Made by a program: the position numbers and the translations under genes
NCBI GenBank assembly: GCA_048013815.1
Contig: CM106586.1
Location: forward strand, 22,196,001 to 22,260,000
DNA: 64,000 nt
Direction: 5' to 3'
Source of the DNA: Setoptus koraiensis
Lineage: Eukaryota > Animalia > Arthropoda
Shown: positions 10,896 through 23,651 of the stretch, piece by piece
Position numbering within the stretch: the first letter of the stretch is position 1
How the letters are laid out: every line of letters begins with the position of its first letter
The notes under the pieces: generated by a model
Told to the model about the DNA's origin: nothing
The model's input: the letters and a program-made list of their open reading frames with translations, nothing else
The model's database searches: none

Positions 10896-12135
10896 CAGCC
10901 CTGTATGCGTATAAGTATGCGTATATGTATACGCAAAGTGTTATCTGGGATGACAGTGTTGAGATTGTTGGGCTTGATTAGCCGCTAACTAACTCACTGT
11001 CTGTAGGCTGTCATAAGTCGTATGTGTGCAATGTCATGTGTGTGTAATTCATAGACAGAGATGGCCACTTTACGGCCACTTATTACTCACTTGTTAGCAT
11101 TGGCGGGCCGGCGATGGCGAGACAGCGGCGGCGCCAAATATCAACTCGGTCAGATGGAAACTGCTGCTTATTTATTGCCAGCAAACTGTCATTGTGAGCG
11201 TCACGGGCGCCCTCTAAATCGCCACGCCAGCGACACCGACAACGACACCGGCAACGACACCAACAGTAACGGGCGAACAACAGGTAGCGGTCACTTGTTG
11301 TGACAAGCGCTCGTTGGTCGCTGGCGAGACTGACCAGTCAGAGTGAGATCGCTATCACTGAATCATAACTCTTTCGCCGCGACCGTTTCAGTGCCATTCA
11401 ATGTGCAAACTAAATTAACGATATAAATTTCATGTTGGTTGTCGCTTGTTGTAGCCACTGTGAGTGTGTGTCACCATGGCGACATCATCCGAGACTGAAA
11501 CTCAATCACTACATGCAATCAAGTGTGTGTGTACAGCCAGAAGTAGTGAATCTCCAGTTTGCATAATAATGACGACACTAACTAAGTAAAGCGATAATCT
11601 CGGCCATATTTGACGTTTGACACTACACATCGGCCAGCTGATACTAACAGTGTTACAAACAAACACTATACAATTTAAACTACAAACAAACAAACAAACT
11701 CGATGATATAAAACAAACATACTAGTACGGTAAGTTACGTCATTCAACTCTTTCGTTTAAGTAACTCTTTTTTTTTATTGTTTAACAACTGCTCCGCTTC
11801 AATTATTATCCGTTTTATCAGTTTTATAACCATCGCAAAACGGTAGCCATTGGCTCGAGCGACAAGTGCACCAAATGGGTTACCAGTAATCGTTACAGCC
11901 CAACTGTCATTGCACCGTCTTGTTGCATTGAATTTTGTAAAACGTTGGTGTTGGTGAGTTCCGCAAGGGCGGCGTTGTTGTGCTTTCGTTATGCGCAACG
12001 CAGTTGGCCACGCGCGCAATGAAAACAAGTATAACAACTATACTGTGCAAGCCACTGAACAAGCGACCACACACACTGATTGGTGAGTCACCAATGGTGA
12101 CTGACATGCTTCGATCGGCCGGCCGGTACCCGGCC

Positions 12136-12242
12136 GATGGATGGCGCCACTCGTCAATTTGGTGCTGCTGTCGGAATGAGTGGTCGCCAAATGATTGATT
12201 ATGACAATTTGATTATGACAATTGTCGCGATCGGCGGCACAT
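12136..12242 (+). repeat. Left copy of a ~105-bp direct repeat bracketing the receptor island
   Basis: GATGGATGGCGCCACTCGTC...GCGATCGGCGGCACAT matches 16683-16785 with three substitutions and one short indel region. Confidence 0.9.
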
Positions 12243-12665
12243 ATTATTGGCCTCTGTCTAGTGCTGAACTATACCAGCGTAACAGGGCACTTTTCGCTGA
12301 CGGTTCATGGACATGAGAGAATTCATGAGAATTCTCGACGATTGTTGGATCTGTTGGAGAACGATTATTATTTTGGATTAAAAGATGCGTACACGGATCA
12401 AATGCCTGATGCATTTAACGAGTCGATGAAAAAGAATGACATTCGTCTACTGAGACGTCTCGTCGAGGACATGTGTTGCATCGGACTTACAGATTGGCTA
12501 ACACCGAATATCAAGCATGTCATCGCTCTTAATTTATTGATTATCGCAACCGGTCTTTCGGTAGGTGAGTTATCAGTCATTATGGGTAAACTGGGTTCCA
12601 AAAAATTGTCCACAAATTTAGCCTCGCCAAACGTCTCAGTTCCATCATTAAATAAAACAATGTGA
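12239..12665 (+). pseudogene. 3' fragment of a paralogue of the 7-TM receptor gene at 14541-15881
   Basis: Colinear, indel-free match to 15455-15881, continuing into the 3' flank (12731 vs 15947). The frame is open (HIIGLCLVLNY...SLNKTM), but the 5' two-thirds of the gene and an in-frame upstream ATG are missing. Confidence 0.85.
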
Positions 12666-12811
12666 TTATCATCACAATATCCCGTGGAGCGAATGATTTA
12701 ATTTTCGGCGGTCAATAATAATAATGAGCGGTTGAGCAATATGAACACAGCGAACGAAATCGAGCTGACATCATCATGATGTCAGCTCGACATCATGATG
12801 ATGTCGAGTCC

Positions 12812-12982
12812 ATCAAACACACACAAGGCACACACTTTCTCTGATCGTCGCAATCTTTTGAAAAAATTTCACAAATCTGCGTACGTCGAATGCATGTTTT
12901 CGATCAGGCACGCGCTCGGTATTCGAAAAATTTCACGAAAATCTCTCAGAGCGACTTGGAGAAAGGTGAATGATAAAATCAA
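12812..12982 (+). repeat. 171-bp duplicated downstream block (copy of 16372-16542)
   Basis: ATCAAAC...TGATAAAATCAA is present in both places, at equal length and with scattered substitutions. Confidence 0.9.
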
Positions 12983-13555
12983 TTTTGAGGCTCGAAAAAT
13001 AGGAATTTTTCAGAAAAAATAACAACTCCCCGTGGACTCCAGAAACTCGATAACTGAAAAGACGAGAGTTAAGTTGGAATTGGTGTCATCCTGAAGAGCA
13101 CCTCGACATTGAAACAGGGCTGACCAGTGGCCTCAGGCCACCGATCATACCAATGTCAACAATATTTGTGCACCTGTTTGAATGGCCAATCCAATAATTT
13201 GGGTGCCACTGTACGCCACCGTTGGTTTGAGCGATCGACTTGTTAGTAGTGAGTCATCTCATTCCATCCGATTGAGATTATCGGGGCCTCATGATACGGT
13301 GCCATAGCTGACCAAAAGAGCTGACTGCTGATAAGATGGGTCTATGCTACTGCATCTGTAAGGCGAATATCATAGCATCCGAAATTGATCGAGTGGATTC
13401 GATTCGGCCAATGGCATCAGAAAAGGTATAAACTCGGCTCCCAACCGAAAGTAATAGCTCTACATGTTTATATCCAGACTAAACCTACCTGAATACGTTG
13501 TTTAAGTTTTTTATTGCCGTATGTTGTGTTCCTGTCATTGCTAAATATTCATTGC

Positions 13556-14020
13556 AGCTGGCAATCAATGTTGGGATACAAGAATTCAAGTAAGAAATAG
13601 ACCAATAGTGATCTTGTCCCACAGATACTTTTGCCAAATCTTGACAAGGCAATCACGGAGCGCACTTCATATTGAGCCATGAGCTTTATAATTTATAATT
13701 TTCTGCACGCAATGAACGTGCAGGTTTACTGGGATAGAAGGTTGAAACTTCTAATCTATTCTTTCAAAAATCATCAGCAAATTATGCGAATACAACATCA
13801 GTAGAAATTTTTATGTTGAGATTGGCTTCAACCGCAAATGTTTACTATAATTAGAATAGTAGAGCACAAATTAAAGAATTAGATGATTCAGAATGGCCAC
13901 CAAAGAATCGCCGAAAAGGCTTATAATAAGCCTATCTGCACTGAAGTAATTGATAACAAATCAACATAAGAAACGAGACAGCTTACTAGGAACCAACTAG
14001 ACCGATGAGACACGTGAAAA
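13556..14020 (+). pseudogene. Degraded upstream region and 5' start of a further receptor paralogue
   Basis: 13556-13897 aligns by eye with 14194-14545 (shared AATCTTGACAAG, TGCACGCAATG.ACGTGCA, CTAATCTATTCT...AAAATCATCAG, AGATGATT...AATGGC). The ATG at 13893 gives MATKES (vs MAIDES) and stops after 18 codons. The right boundary is approximate. Confidence 0.6.
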
Positions 14021-14540
14021 TGTAGTTATCGTTAGGAATTGATGTCACATCAAACACAAGGATTAGTGATCAACTAGACTATTTAATTGAGCGTAACCGT
14101 CTACCAGAAAATGTCGTACAAATATACCTGTGTAGTGGAGTCGCTTGTCACGTAATGAACTTATTTTTCATTACCATTATCCATATCGAGAGTAGCTGAC
14201 AAGCAATGTTTGAATAGAAGAAATCAAACAAGAAATAAACGATCATATGTATGCTGGTCCCGAATCTTGACAAGTCAATCCTGAAGCGCACACGATAAAA
14301 AGCGAGGGCTGTACAATTTATACTTTGATGCACGCAATGGACGTGCATCAAAGTCCATAAATTAAGATATTGAAGATATGTCGGTGTTCTCCGATAGAAC
14401 ATCGAGAAATCTAATCTATTCTCCTGAAAATCATCAGTGATTCTTGCGACCACACCGCGATTGGAAATTGAGTTTGGCCTTCTTTTCAAATCTCTACCAT
14501 ATCATAGAACACAAATTGACGAAGAAATAGATGATTGACA

Positions 14541-15881
14541 ATGGCAATTGACGAATCTCGAGATTGCGAATGTTCAAAGGGGAGACCAGAACTTTCTGTT
14601 GCTGGAAATTTGAAGAAAATCAGAAATGAAGAAACACGAAGAACATTGAAAGATCGTATTTATTGGATTGAAATGATATTTAGACTAACAGCTGCTCTCA
14701 AATCAACCAATTCGCTAGCAATCAACACAATCCTACGACTACTCATGACCGGATATGCCGTTTATTGGAATATTATCGCCCCGATGATATTGCAAACGGC
14801 AAAGTTGCCGAAATTAGTAACTCTCGGCTCATTCAAAACCTTAGCTGGAATTGACGTGATTCGATATTTCTTTACGGTCTTTTTTCCTACAATTTTATTT
14901 TTCGTGAACAGTTTTGCAACATTTGTCGTCGCAGTGTTGAATTATCATTACTTTGATTTGATATTGAAAAAGAGTGACAGCTGCGATATATTAGCTCTGC
15001 TTCGCAGTGAGAAAACAGAAGGCAAGACAAGTCAAAGTATCATCAGAAAGTTTGTGACAAGTATACAAATATTCGCAAGGAATCATGGTTATATTGTTTA
15101 CATGTGGTTTTCCATAGTGTTTCCATTATTTTATCTCAATTATATTGAAAAAAAACCATTATACGACTCATTATCATCACTACCTTACGTTCATGTAATA
15201 ATATCCCAAAACTTCGCAATATATTACATCATTTATAGGATAACATTGCATATGTCGGATCGCATTGCTCTGTTGATTGTTAAAAGAAACGTGCTGCCTA
15301 TGACAGCCATTTTGGACACCGTTATGCACACTCGTGATGTAATGCTACTTATTAGAGAACAGATTTGCATAGCCTGCTCAATAAGTTATTTTCTGGTGGC
15401 TATCATGATGCCAGCACGCTTCTACACCATATTAGAAGCATTCCGGACACGAAAACATTTCCTTGGCCTCTGTCTAATGCTGAATTATTCCTGCGTAACA
15501 GCGTTCTTTTCGCTGACGGTTCATGGACATCAAAGAATTCATGAGAATTCTCGACGATTGCTGGATGTGTTGGAGAACGATTATTATCTTGAATTGACAG
15601 ATCAAGCGCACACGAAGCTGCCCGATGCATTGGCAGAGTCGATAAGGGAGAACGACATTCGTCTACTGAGACGTCTCGTCGAGGACATGTGTTGCATTGG
15701 ACTTACAAATTGGATAACACCGAATATCAAGCATGTCATCGCTATTAATTTATTGATGATCGGTACCTGTCTTTCGTTAGATCAGTTATCAGTCTTTATA
15801 GGTAAACTGGGTTCCAAAAAATTGTCCACAAATTTAGCCTCGCCAAACGTCTCAGTTGCATCATTAAATGAAACAATGTGA
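14541..15881 (+). CDS. Intronless seven-transmembrane protein, probable divergent gustatory-receptor (7tm_7 / GR superfamily) chemoreceptor, 446 aa
   Basis: Long clean ORF (track start TTG 14535, first ATG 14541) with about seven hydrophobic segments and a polar loop before the last helix. The C-terminal IGLTNWITPNIKHVIAINLLMIGTCLSLDQL resembles the GR TM7 pattern (G.t...i....i..i...i.TY.i.l.Q). The GR assignment is inference. Confidence 0.6.
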   Translation: MAIDESRDCECSKGRPELSVAGNLKKIRNEETRRTLKDRIYWIEMIFRLTAALKSTNSLAINTILRLLMTGYAVYWNIIAPMILQTAKLPKLVTLGSFKTLAGIDVIRYFFTVFFPTILFFVNSFATFVVAVLNYHYFDLILKKSDSCDILALLRSEKTEGKTSQSIIRKFVTSIQIFARNHGYIVYMWFSIVFPLFYLNYIEKKPLYDSLSSLPYVHVIISQNFAIYYIIYRITLHMSDRIALLIVKRNVLPMTAILDTVMHTRDVMLLIREQICIACSISYFLVAIMMPARFYTILEAFRTRKHFLGLCLMLNYSCVTAFFSLTVHGHQRIHENSRRLLDVLENDYYLELTDQAHTKLPDALAESIRENDIRLLRRLVEDMCCIGLTNWITPNIKHVIAINLLMIGTCLSLDQLSVFIGKLGSKKLSTNLASPNVSVASLNETM

Positions 15882-16682
15882 TTATCATCACAATATCCCG
15901 TGGAGCGAATGATTCAATTTTCGTCGGTCCATAGTAATAACAAGCGGCTGACTACGAGCTAGCCGGCTTGAAGGCATCAACAGCAGCTAAATTACGCATG
16001 CGGAATATCAGTAACAGCAATCTACTCAATTTATTGTCAGTTTATCAGCATCATGACAATCATAATCGTGCCACAATCAACGAGCATGAGGTCGCAATAA
16101 TGCAGGCCAATATGGATTGGTACAATAAGGGCAGATTCTTGCGCATTGTTCGACCCATCAGTTGGTCAATAACTCAATCGATGATTCTGCAGCGACACGA
16201 CTTGTAACAGAGGCTTCACAGTGTATCAATAATAACAATAAATCGCCATTCGTCTCACAATAGTGAATAATAGAGAAACCCGTCTCTCGATGACGTCAAT
16301 TCCACCAGAATTCTGCACGAAATCGACTGCCTTCTTCGAGCTGACAAGACCTTGTGAGCAGGAATCGGTCGATCAAACGCACACAAAACACACACTTTCT
16401 CTGTTCGTCGCGATCTTTTGAAAAAATTTCACAAATCTGCGTACGCCTAATGCATGTTTGCTATCAGGCACGCGCTCGGTATTCGGAAAATTTCACGAAA
16501 ATCTCTCAGAGCGCCTTGGAGAAAGGCGAATGATAAAATCAACAAGTCTCGAAAACCTGACAAGTCATGGTTAAAATTGAATTCTTGGTCTAAGTGGCTT
16601 TGTTGATTTGATGGATTTTTTATTTAAATCATGGTTTTTAAGATTTTTTTGCGATTGATATTGACCACAGTGATTTCAATAG

Positions 16683-16785
16683 GATGGATGGCGCCACTCG
16701 TCGATTTGGTGCTGCTGTCGAAATGAGTGGTCGCCAAATGATTGTAATTGTTTGATTATGACAATTGTCGCGATCGGCGCCACAT
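16683..16785 (+). repeat. Right copy of the ~105-bp direct repeat bracketing the receptor island
   Basis: Matches 12136-12242. Confidence 0.9.
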
Positions 16786-16885
16786 TGCGACTATTCGGAC
16801 GTTGCGACTATTCGGACGTTGCGACTATTCGGACGTTGCGACGATTCGGACATTGCGACAATTCGGACATTGCGACTATTCAGAC
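16784..16885. repeat. Minisatellite, 17-mer (A/G)TTGCGACTATTCGGAC x6
   Basis: Six consecutive units read directly; the array abuts the right direct repeat. Confidence 0.9.
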
Positions 16886-19259
16886 TATTAAGACAGCGCG
16901 ACAAGTGTAGCAAAGGGAGCATTTTGCATATACGTGACAACACAAATAATATGAGAATTGGTGTCAGAATGAGATCGAATACGTGACGCGTCTGCGATGG
17001 GTGGCCGGCGGGGCGATAATCGAGCTTTAATTGAAACAAAATCATGCAAACGACGATGGTCGCTAACGATGCACGCGCATTGTATCGTCAGATTGAATGT
17101 GGTTGTTGGTGCGACAGCAGCCATCAACCCGATTTAATCTAACGCGAGTATTTCGAGACTCGTTCGCACAACTAAACCGATCGCACAGGTAAATGGGTGG
17201 CGAGCAGGTAGTTGTTTAATTTTAATTTAATAATATCAACAAGAGCAACCGAGTCACAAACAAACTGGATGTGTCACCTGTGTTAGTCAGTTTGTTTAAC
17301 TGCCGCTAGTCAGTCAGTTGCCAAGACACACAACGACACATACAAACGCGCTGTCCATTTGCGAGCGACTTTCGCTAGCTCACAACCAATTCAACAACCA
17401 ATTCAACAACCAATTCAACAACCAATTCAACAACCAATGAGCTTACGTAACAACTAACTAATGTGACTAGTGTGCGCAACTAATGTGGCCGATGTAAATG
17501 AGCGAATCAGTCGGCGTTGTTATTGTTTCATCAAACCATTTTACACCTTGCGCAATGCACTTGTTGCCCGTCGCTGGCAGTTGCAACAATTTTAAGCTTT
17601 GCCGTCGTTGCTGTTGCTGCTGTCGCAGTTGTTGTTGTTGTCGTTGTTGCTGTCGTTGTTGCCGTTGTTGCCGTTGTTGTTGCTGGCGACTGTCACAGTC
17701 GATCGCTACCCGGCCGCTCGCAAGCCGGCAAGCCGCTTAGCTGGTCAGTCAGTCACCCGAGTGTCAGTGCCACCGTCTGGCCAGCAAACTGCACAATTGG
17801 TCGGCTGTTCAGTCAACAATTTAGTGTTTGTTTGTTTCGGCAGTAGATCTAGATCAGCGAGAATGTGTCACTCTGTCGTTAACTTGTTCAGCACACACTT
17901 TGTTGCGTTTCGAAGCCAAGCCAAGCCAAGAATGGCCCGCTTCTCGAAGCCCAGAATGGCCGCTCCTCGAAGCCGAGAACCGCCGTCGAGGCCCAAATCT
18001 GCTTACTATTCTGGATTATGCCTGGCCGAGAGCCACTGTCTTGCGCGCAGCCACTGCCAGCGATATTAATAACGATTTAATCAGCTGATTAAATTGATTA
18101 ATCTGTTGAAATGCTGGCGCCACTGTCAGCGTTGGCATGATCGGCCGGCAAACAACAGCAACTCCCACCATCTATCTAATTTGATTTGATTCAATCTTCG
18201 ATTTGAGCCTGACATTGCCAGCTCAAATCGAGCGACCGCTATTTCGGTCACACACGCCGTCCGGGCCAACCGGCCGCCGCACTGTCACTGTGACCGCGTG
18301 ACGGGCGCTTGAGCCAGCGCGGGCCGTGGCGAGCCGTCGCGGGCATTAGCGGGCCATCGCGGGCTCTTGCAAGCTGTGGCGAGCGACCGTAGGCCAAACT
18401 GCGCGCACAATCGGCCGCACGGACAATGCGGACACGGCCGGTGTGGCGGGCGGTTCCGGAGCGGCCGGCCGGCAGCCGCCGAGAAACAATTGTCGTCGAC
18501 TGTCAACGCAATCGGCCGCAAATGCATTGTCGCGCTTGTTGTTTGCATGGTCGCGTTTGTCCAAAAGTAGACGCCGTTCGCTTGTTTTCTCGCGGCGCGC
18601 TTGCTCGTTTGCCCGACAAAAATGGCAAGATGATTCCATTATTGCACTATTAGGATTCCGGTGCGATTGTGCTGGCATTCCGTTGCGCGCGAGGATGTTC
18701 CTTTGATGGTCAGAGCGGCCCATGACAGACAAACAAACAAGCGAGCCAGCGAGCCGGACAGCCCGACTGGGCCGGACGGCTCCACCAAGCCGGACAGAGC
18801 CGGCGAGCGACAACAGCAACAGAGAACCAACAAACAACAACGATCAACGGGCGCGACAGGCAGTGTGTGCGTGGGCGTCCGCGTTACAATGTCGCCCTTT
18901 GGCTGCCGTTAGCATCCATTGGCAAGACATTAAGGGCAACACAAAGGCATTAGAGGGTCACTCTGACAATTAGCGCATGCAATCGTCGTTATCGGCGGCG
19001 GCGGCAAAATATGAGAATACGATAAAATGAGATGAGAAATTGTGCGCGATGGTCTCGCCTGAGCCGTTCGTCGTGTGTGTGGCGCCCAAATGAGATCATC
19101 GACTCGACCAGCCGAGCTGCCGGGCCTTACGTAACAGCTGACGACGGCCAATGACAGCGGCGAATGTGAGCGGCAGGCTGCAAATGAGAGCGGCCGCTCT
19201 TGTTGTCGCTCGCTCGCTGCGACAATAGCCACCGATTGGGCCCGCGATGCCGACAGCGC

Positions 19260-19524
<265 letters not shown>

Positions 19525-20658
19525 GACAAGTGCGGAGAAAGCCGGCGCGGCGACAGGATGGGTAAAAAACAATTAGAGCATCGAGCTCATCATTTAATCG
19601 GCTCGCTCGCCCATCTCGTCGGGTGAGCAACAAGTCGCTCCAGTTTCAGTGGTGGCCAGCGCTCGCTGGCGGCCCGATTCTCGGCTCAGTCTGGCAAATC
19701 GAGCCGAACGGTGCCCATTCTTTGTTATTGTTCTCACTGTCGCTAGCAGCGCTGTGAATTGTTTTGAGAATCATCCGAGCTTGCCAACGAATGGTCGGCG
19801 CGCCAAGTGGCCGCCGTTAGCCAATAACACACAATCGGCTCGCTCAAGGTGGAGCCAGCCAATCGGCCGGCCGAGCCGCTCACCTGGATTTGTGTGCTCA
19901 TTGGCTTGTGTGTGTGTGTGTCTCAACAGGTGAGTAGCTTGTGTCTAGCGGCAGCACAACACTGGCGGCTCTAATCACCTGAGTCGAGTGGCGGCTCAAT
20001 TCACCCGAGTCGCGAGAGGCGACTCACAAGCGGCTGGCAAGCGCACAAAACGCGCTACGCGAGACTCAATCTCGGCTGGCTTTTGCTCGACAGGTGAGGC
20101 GAGGCGCTGTTATGTTTGTATTGTGTTGCTCGAGCCAACGAGCGACGGGCCAAAAAAACAAAGTTGAAAGAACGCGATAGACTCAGCTGACTCGAGTTCT
20201 TGCCTATGCGTTCGCTGTCAGTGTGTGCCTATCCGTTCGCTGTCAGTGTGTGCCTATCAGTGCGAGTTGTTTTGCCAGCGATGCCGTTGCACTTGTCGCA
20301 ACTGTGTTGCCGCCTCGAACGATCCAATTGATTAGTTGCCGTTTAAACGAGCTCGCATGCGCACCTCGCCGCGTATTGCGCAACAGCAACAACGACCACA
20401 GCAGCATCACAGCAGCATCGCCAGCGACAGCAGCGACAACAGCGACAACCGCGACAACCGCGACAACAACCAAACAACCAAGACACCAACGACAGCAACA
20501 ACAACAGCAACAACCGCGACAACAGTGACGAGCAAGCGAGCGAAAGTGGCAACCGGCAAACAAACAAATGAGCGGCTCGCAAACGGGCAGCCGACAAACA
20601 GTTAGTGCAGATGAATAGTGAAAATTAATTAATTAGTGAACAGCAATTATCAATCATC

Positions 20659-22189
20659 ATGGATGAGGCCCTGACTGCGCGCCAATTCCTCAGGCGATAC
20701 TATTTGCCGCAACTAGTGAGAATAGATAATTTGCACGAACTGAATCTATTGCTGCCCAGTAACCCCATCTGTCCGGTGTCGCCTCAATTGTTGAGTCAAT
20801 CGGCAGCAAGTCACAACAACAAAGCGGTTCACATCGGCGATAAAAACGAGTCAGATCATCGAGCATCAACAAGTGCGACAGCAGCAGCAGCATCAAGTCA
20901 AGCAGGTCAGCAGCAGCAGCAGCAAACTACGGCCACTTATGTAAATGTGACAGCAGCACAAGCTCAAAGGTCGCCCACAATACTCAACAATGACGCGCAA
21001 GTGACAGCAGCCAAACAGCTGATACCGAGGAATTTGTCAGCGTCATCATCAGCTGACCAGCAGCAAGCCAGACACGATGACCAGTGCGAGCCAAGTGGCG
21101 GTGGCAAACAATCGGCACTGGACATTGCTAATTGCGCTGTCATTAAAAAGACACACAAAGTCACAACAAAACATAGGTGGCTCAAGGGGGCCAACAAGCA
21201 CCAGCATGAGCACTCACAGGGGGCCAACAACAAAGCGCGATGCTCGTCAAACGAGTCTATATCTACCTCAACTAGTAGCATCATGGAAAAGAAATCGTGG
21301 TCATTTTATGCGCCACAAGCTAGCAATTATTCAAACGCATCGCGGCGGCACCTGTCGGCGGATTACGCGCACTCCGCGGAGTGTGTTAGCGCGGACGAAA
21401 ACCACGGCGACGACCATGGCACAAACAACAAATCCTCAATGAACGTGGTGCAATCGCTAGATCTCGAAATAGGTGGCGGCACGCGAACAGCCAACAATTT
21501 GTTTGGTCGTGACGCAAGCTTGCACAATTTAGACGACGCGCACGAGCACGAGCGCCAACGAAGGCGCCAGCTGAACCTGAGATACTGTTCGCGCGTTATT
21601 CGCGCCCCCAAGAAGCGAAACTCGTGCCTGGCATCAGTGGGTTTGTGCGCGCAACACGCGCCAACAACAAGTGACGCAACATGCAACAAAACAACAGGTG
21701 AACAACGGGGCCCAGGTGAAGGTGGCGCTGCGAGCTGTGATAAAGCGACAACAACAGAAACGACAACCGCTGACCAATCGCGCACGTCGCCGCAACAACC
21801 GCCCAGCACAGCAAACAAGAGCGACGCCAACGAAGCGGCAGTCAAACAGCAACAACAACAACAACAGACACAAAACAAGCAAGAAAACCAGCAAGACACG
21901 CACAGAGTGATGATGCTGCCGCGAGCGCAATTGTCCGCTCGGGCACAGGTCGGGCCCGCGCGCGGCAACCAAGCGGCCGGTCGCAGAGACGAGGCCCTAG
22001 AGGCCATCCGTTTGGTGCCGCCGACGGGCCGGCCCGCCATCAGCGCGCTCGATCTGAATCAGCCGTTCCTGTTGTACAAGGCGTACAGTGTTCGCCAGGT
22101 TGTGGCCTACATGATAGACGCCAACAATCAGCTGGGCTCCTACGACAACAAGACCGGCCCGCCGCTCTACTTCCCCGAAAACTACCCAG
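20659..22189 (+). CDS. CABIT-domain (serrano/GAREM/Themis family) protein, coding exon 1
   Basis: N-terminal LTARQFLRRYYLPQLVRI and later LDLNQPFLLYKAY...TGPPLYFPENYPG are typical of serrano-like CABIT proteins. It ends at the consensus donor CCAG|GTGAGT (phase 1); the track ORF reads on into the intron to 22272. Confidence 0.85.
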
Positions 22190-23442
22190 GTGAGTCCCGA
22201 CTATGCAAACAAGCGCACTTAGTGCCGCGCCTGGGCACTCCAACTCCAACTCCAACTCTAGCTAAACTCTAACTGAACTCCGAGGCGACCAAGACGCGAG
22301 TCGCGCAAAAACTCGCAACCGCGACGAGCGTGGGGATAATCCCATCGAATCCCATCGAATCCCATCGAATCCCATCGAATCCCATCGGGTCCGTTCGAGT
22401 CCGTTCGAATTCAATCGAATTGGAATCCGACTGGATGCAACGGGAGGCAACGAGAGGCAACGGGAGGCAACGGGAGGCAACGGGATCAGCGACACTGCAG
22501 CCGCTGCGCCGGCCAGCCGAGCGAGAGTGTTTTTTGTCGGGATTTTTTGCCGCCCGTTGGCGCAACAGTGTTGCGCAACAAAACCAACCGCAAATCGAGC
22601 GAATCGAGGCAACGAGTCGCGCATGTGGGAACTGAGCCGGCCAATGGCGCGCCGTTTAATCTAATTGTCGATCCCAAGATGCCAAGCGAGATGCCACCGA
22701 CAGAAACTGGAGCAATCGTTTTGTTTATTTTTATACTCTCGCTCGCTTGTTTGTGCTTGTTTGTGTGCGATTCGAGCGCAATTAATTGCTGCATCATTAG
22801 TGCTGCTGGCTGACAATTTATCAATATATCACAGCATGCGAGCCGATGCCGACATGCGCTCGGCCCGATCTGTCGGCCCGATCTGTCAGGCGGGCGCATC
22901 AACCCGATGCGGTGAGCCCGACATGTCAGCTCGGCGAGCGCTTGCAAGCGGCGTCCCGAGAACCGTTTTCATCCTCTGTTTGTTTTTGCTCTCATTAGCC
23001 CGGTGGCCGTTCCCGTCTGAACGGGCCGTTTCGCATCGCACGGCTTCTATCGCACACTACGCATCGTCCAGTTTGGACGGCCGATCGCTCATTGATGGCG
23101 CATGATTTCGCTCGGCTTGCCGCCGCCCCAAAAGACTGACCAGTTGACGGCCGCAGAGATTGGCGAGCTCGTTTTTGCCAACGCTCGACCGGCATCGTCC
23201 GGTCCGAGCAACCTCGGCCGGCCCGAGCGGCATCGTCCGGCCCGAGCTATAACTGTGCTATGTATACGTGTGGGATATATTATGACATTATGCTGGCCGG
23301 ACTGCAAATGGCGGCCACAAATTGGTGGGCGAAATCGTAATTGTTAGCGCACGGTGGCTCAGCGGTGTATGCCCGTGGTGCCACTGCGTATCATGCGAAC
23401 GGTATGACACGATGATTGATTGGCGTTGCGACTGTCGAACCG

Positions 23443-23651
23443 ATCGGAGAATCGGAGAATCGGAGAATCGGTGAATCGGTGAATCGGTGAATCGGAGAAT
23501 CGGAGAATCGGTGAATCGGAGAATCGGTGAATCGGTGATTTATAGAATCGGTGAATTGGAGAATCGGTGAATCGGAGAATCGGTGAATCGGAGAATCGAT
23601 GAATCGATGAATCGGTGAATCGGAGAATCGGTGAATCGGAGAATCGGTGAA
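23443..23651. repeat. Octamer satellite GAATCGG(A/T), about 25 copies
   Basis: Read directly; it produces the FSDSPIHR/FTDSPILR repeat ORFs. Confidence 0.9.

Noticed and set aside
12222-12665. 147-aa ORF as a functional gene
   Set aside because: The TTG start comes from the flanking direct repeat fused to a 3' gene fragment; treated as a pseudogene.
14148-14489. 113-aa minus-strand ORF head-to-head with the receptor gene
   Set aside because: It starts at TTG and the duplicated copy (13556-13897) is interrupted by stops; better explained as upstream non-coding DNA.
22190-22272. C-terminal 27 aa of the 537-aa track ORF (ESRLCKQ...LAKL)
   Set aside because: Read-through into the intron past a consensus donor; splicing instead restores the conserved G-W-F motif.
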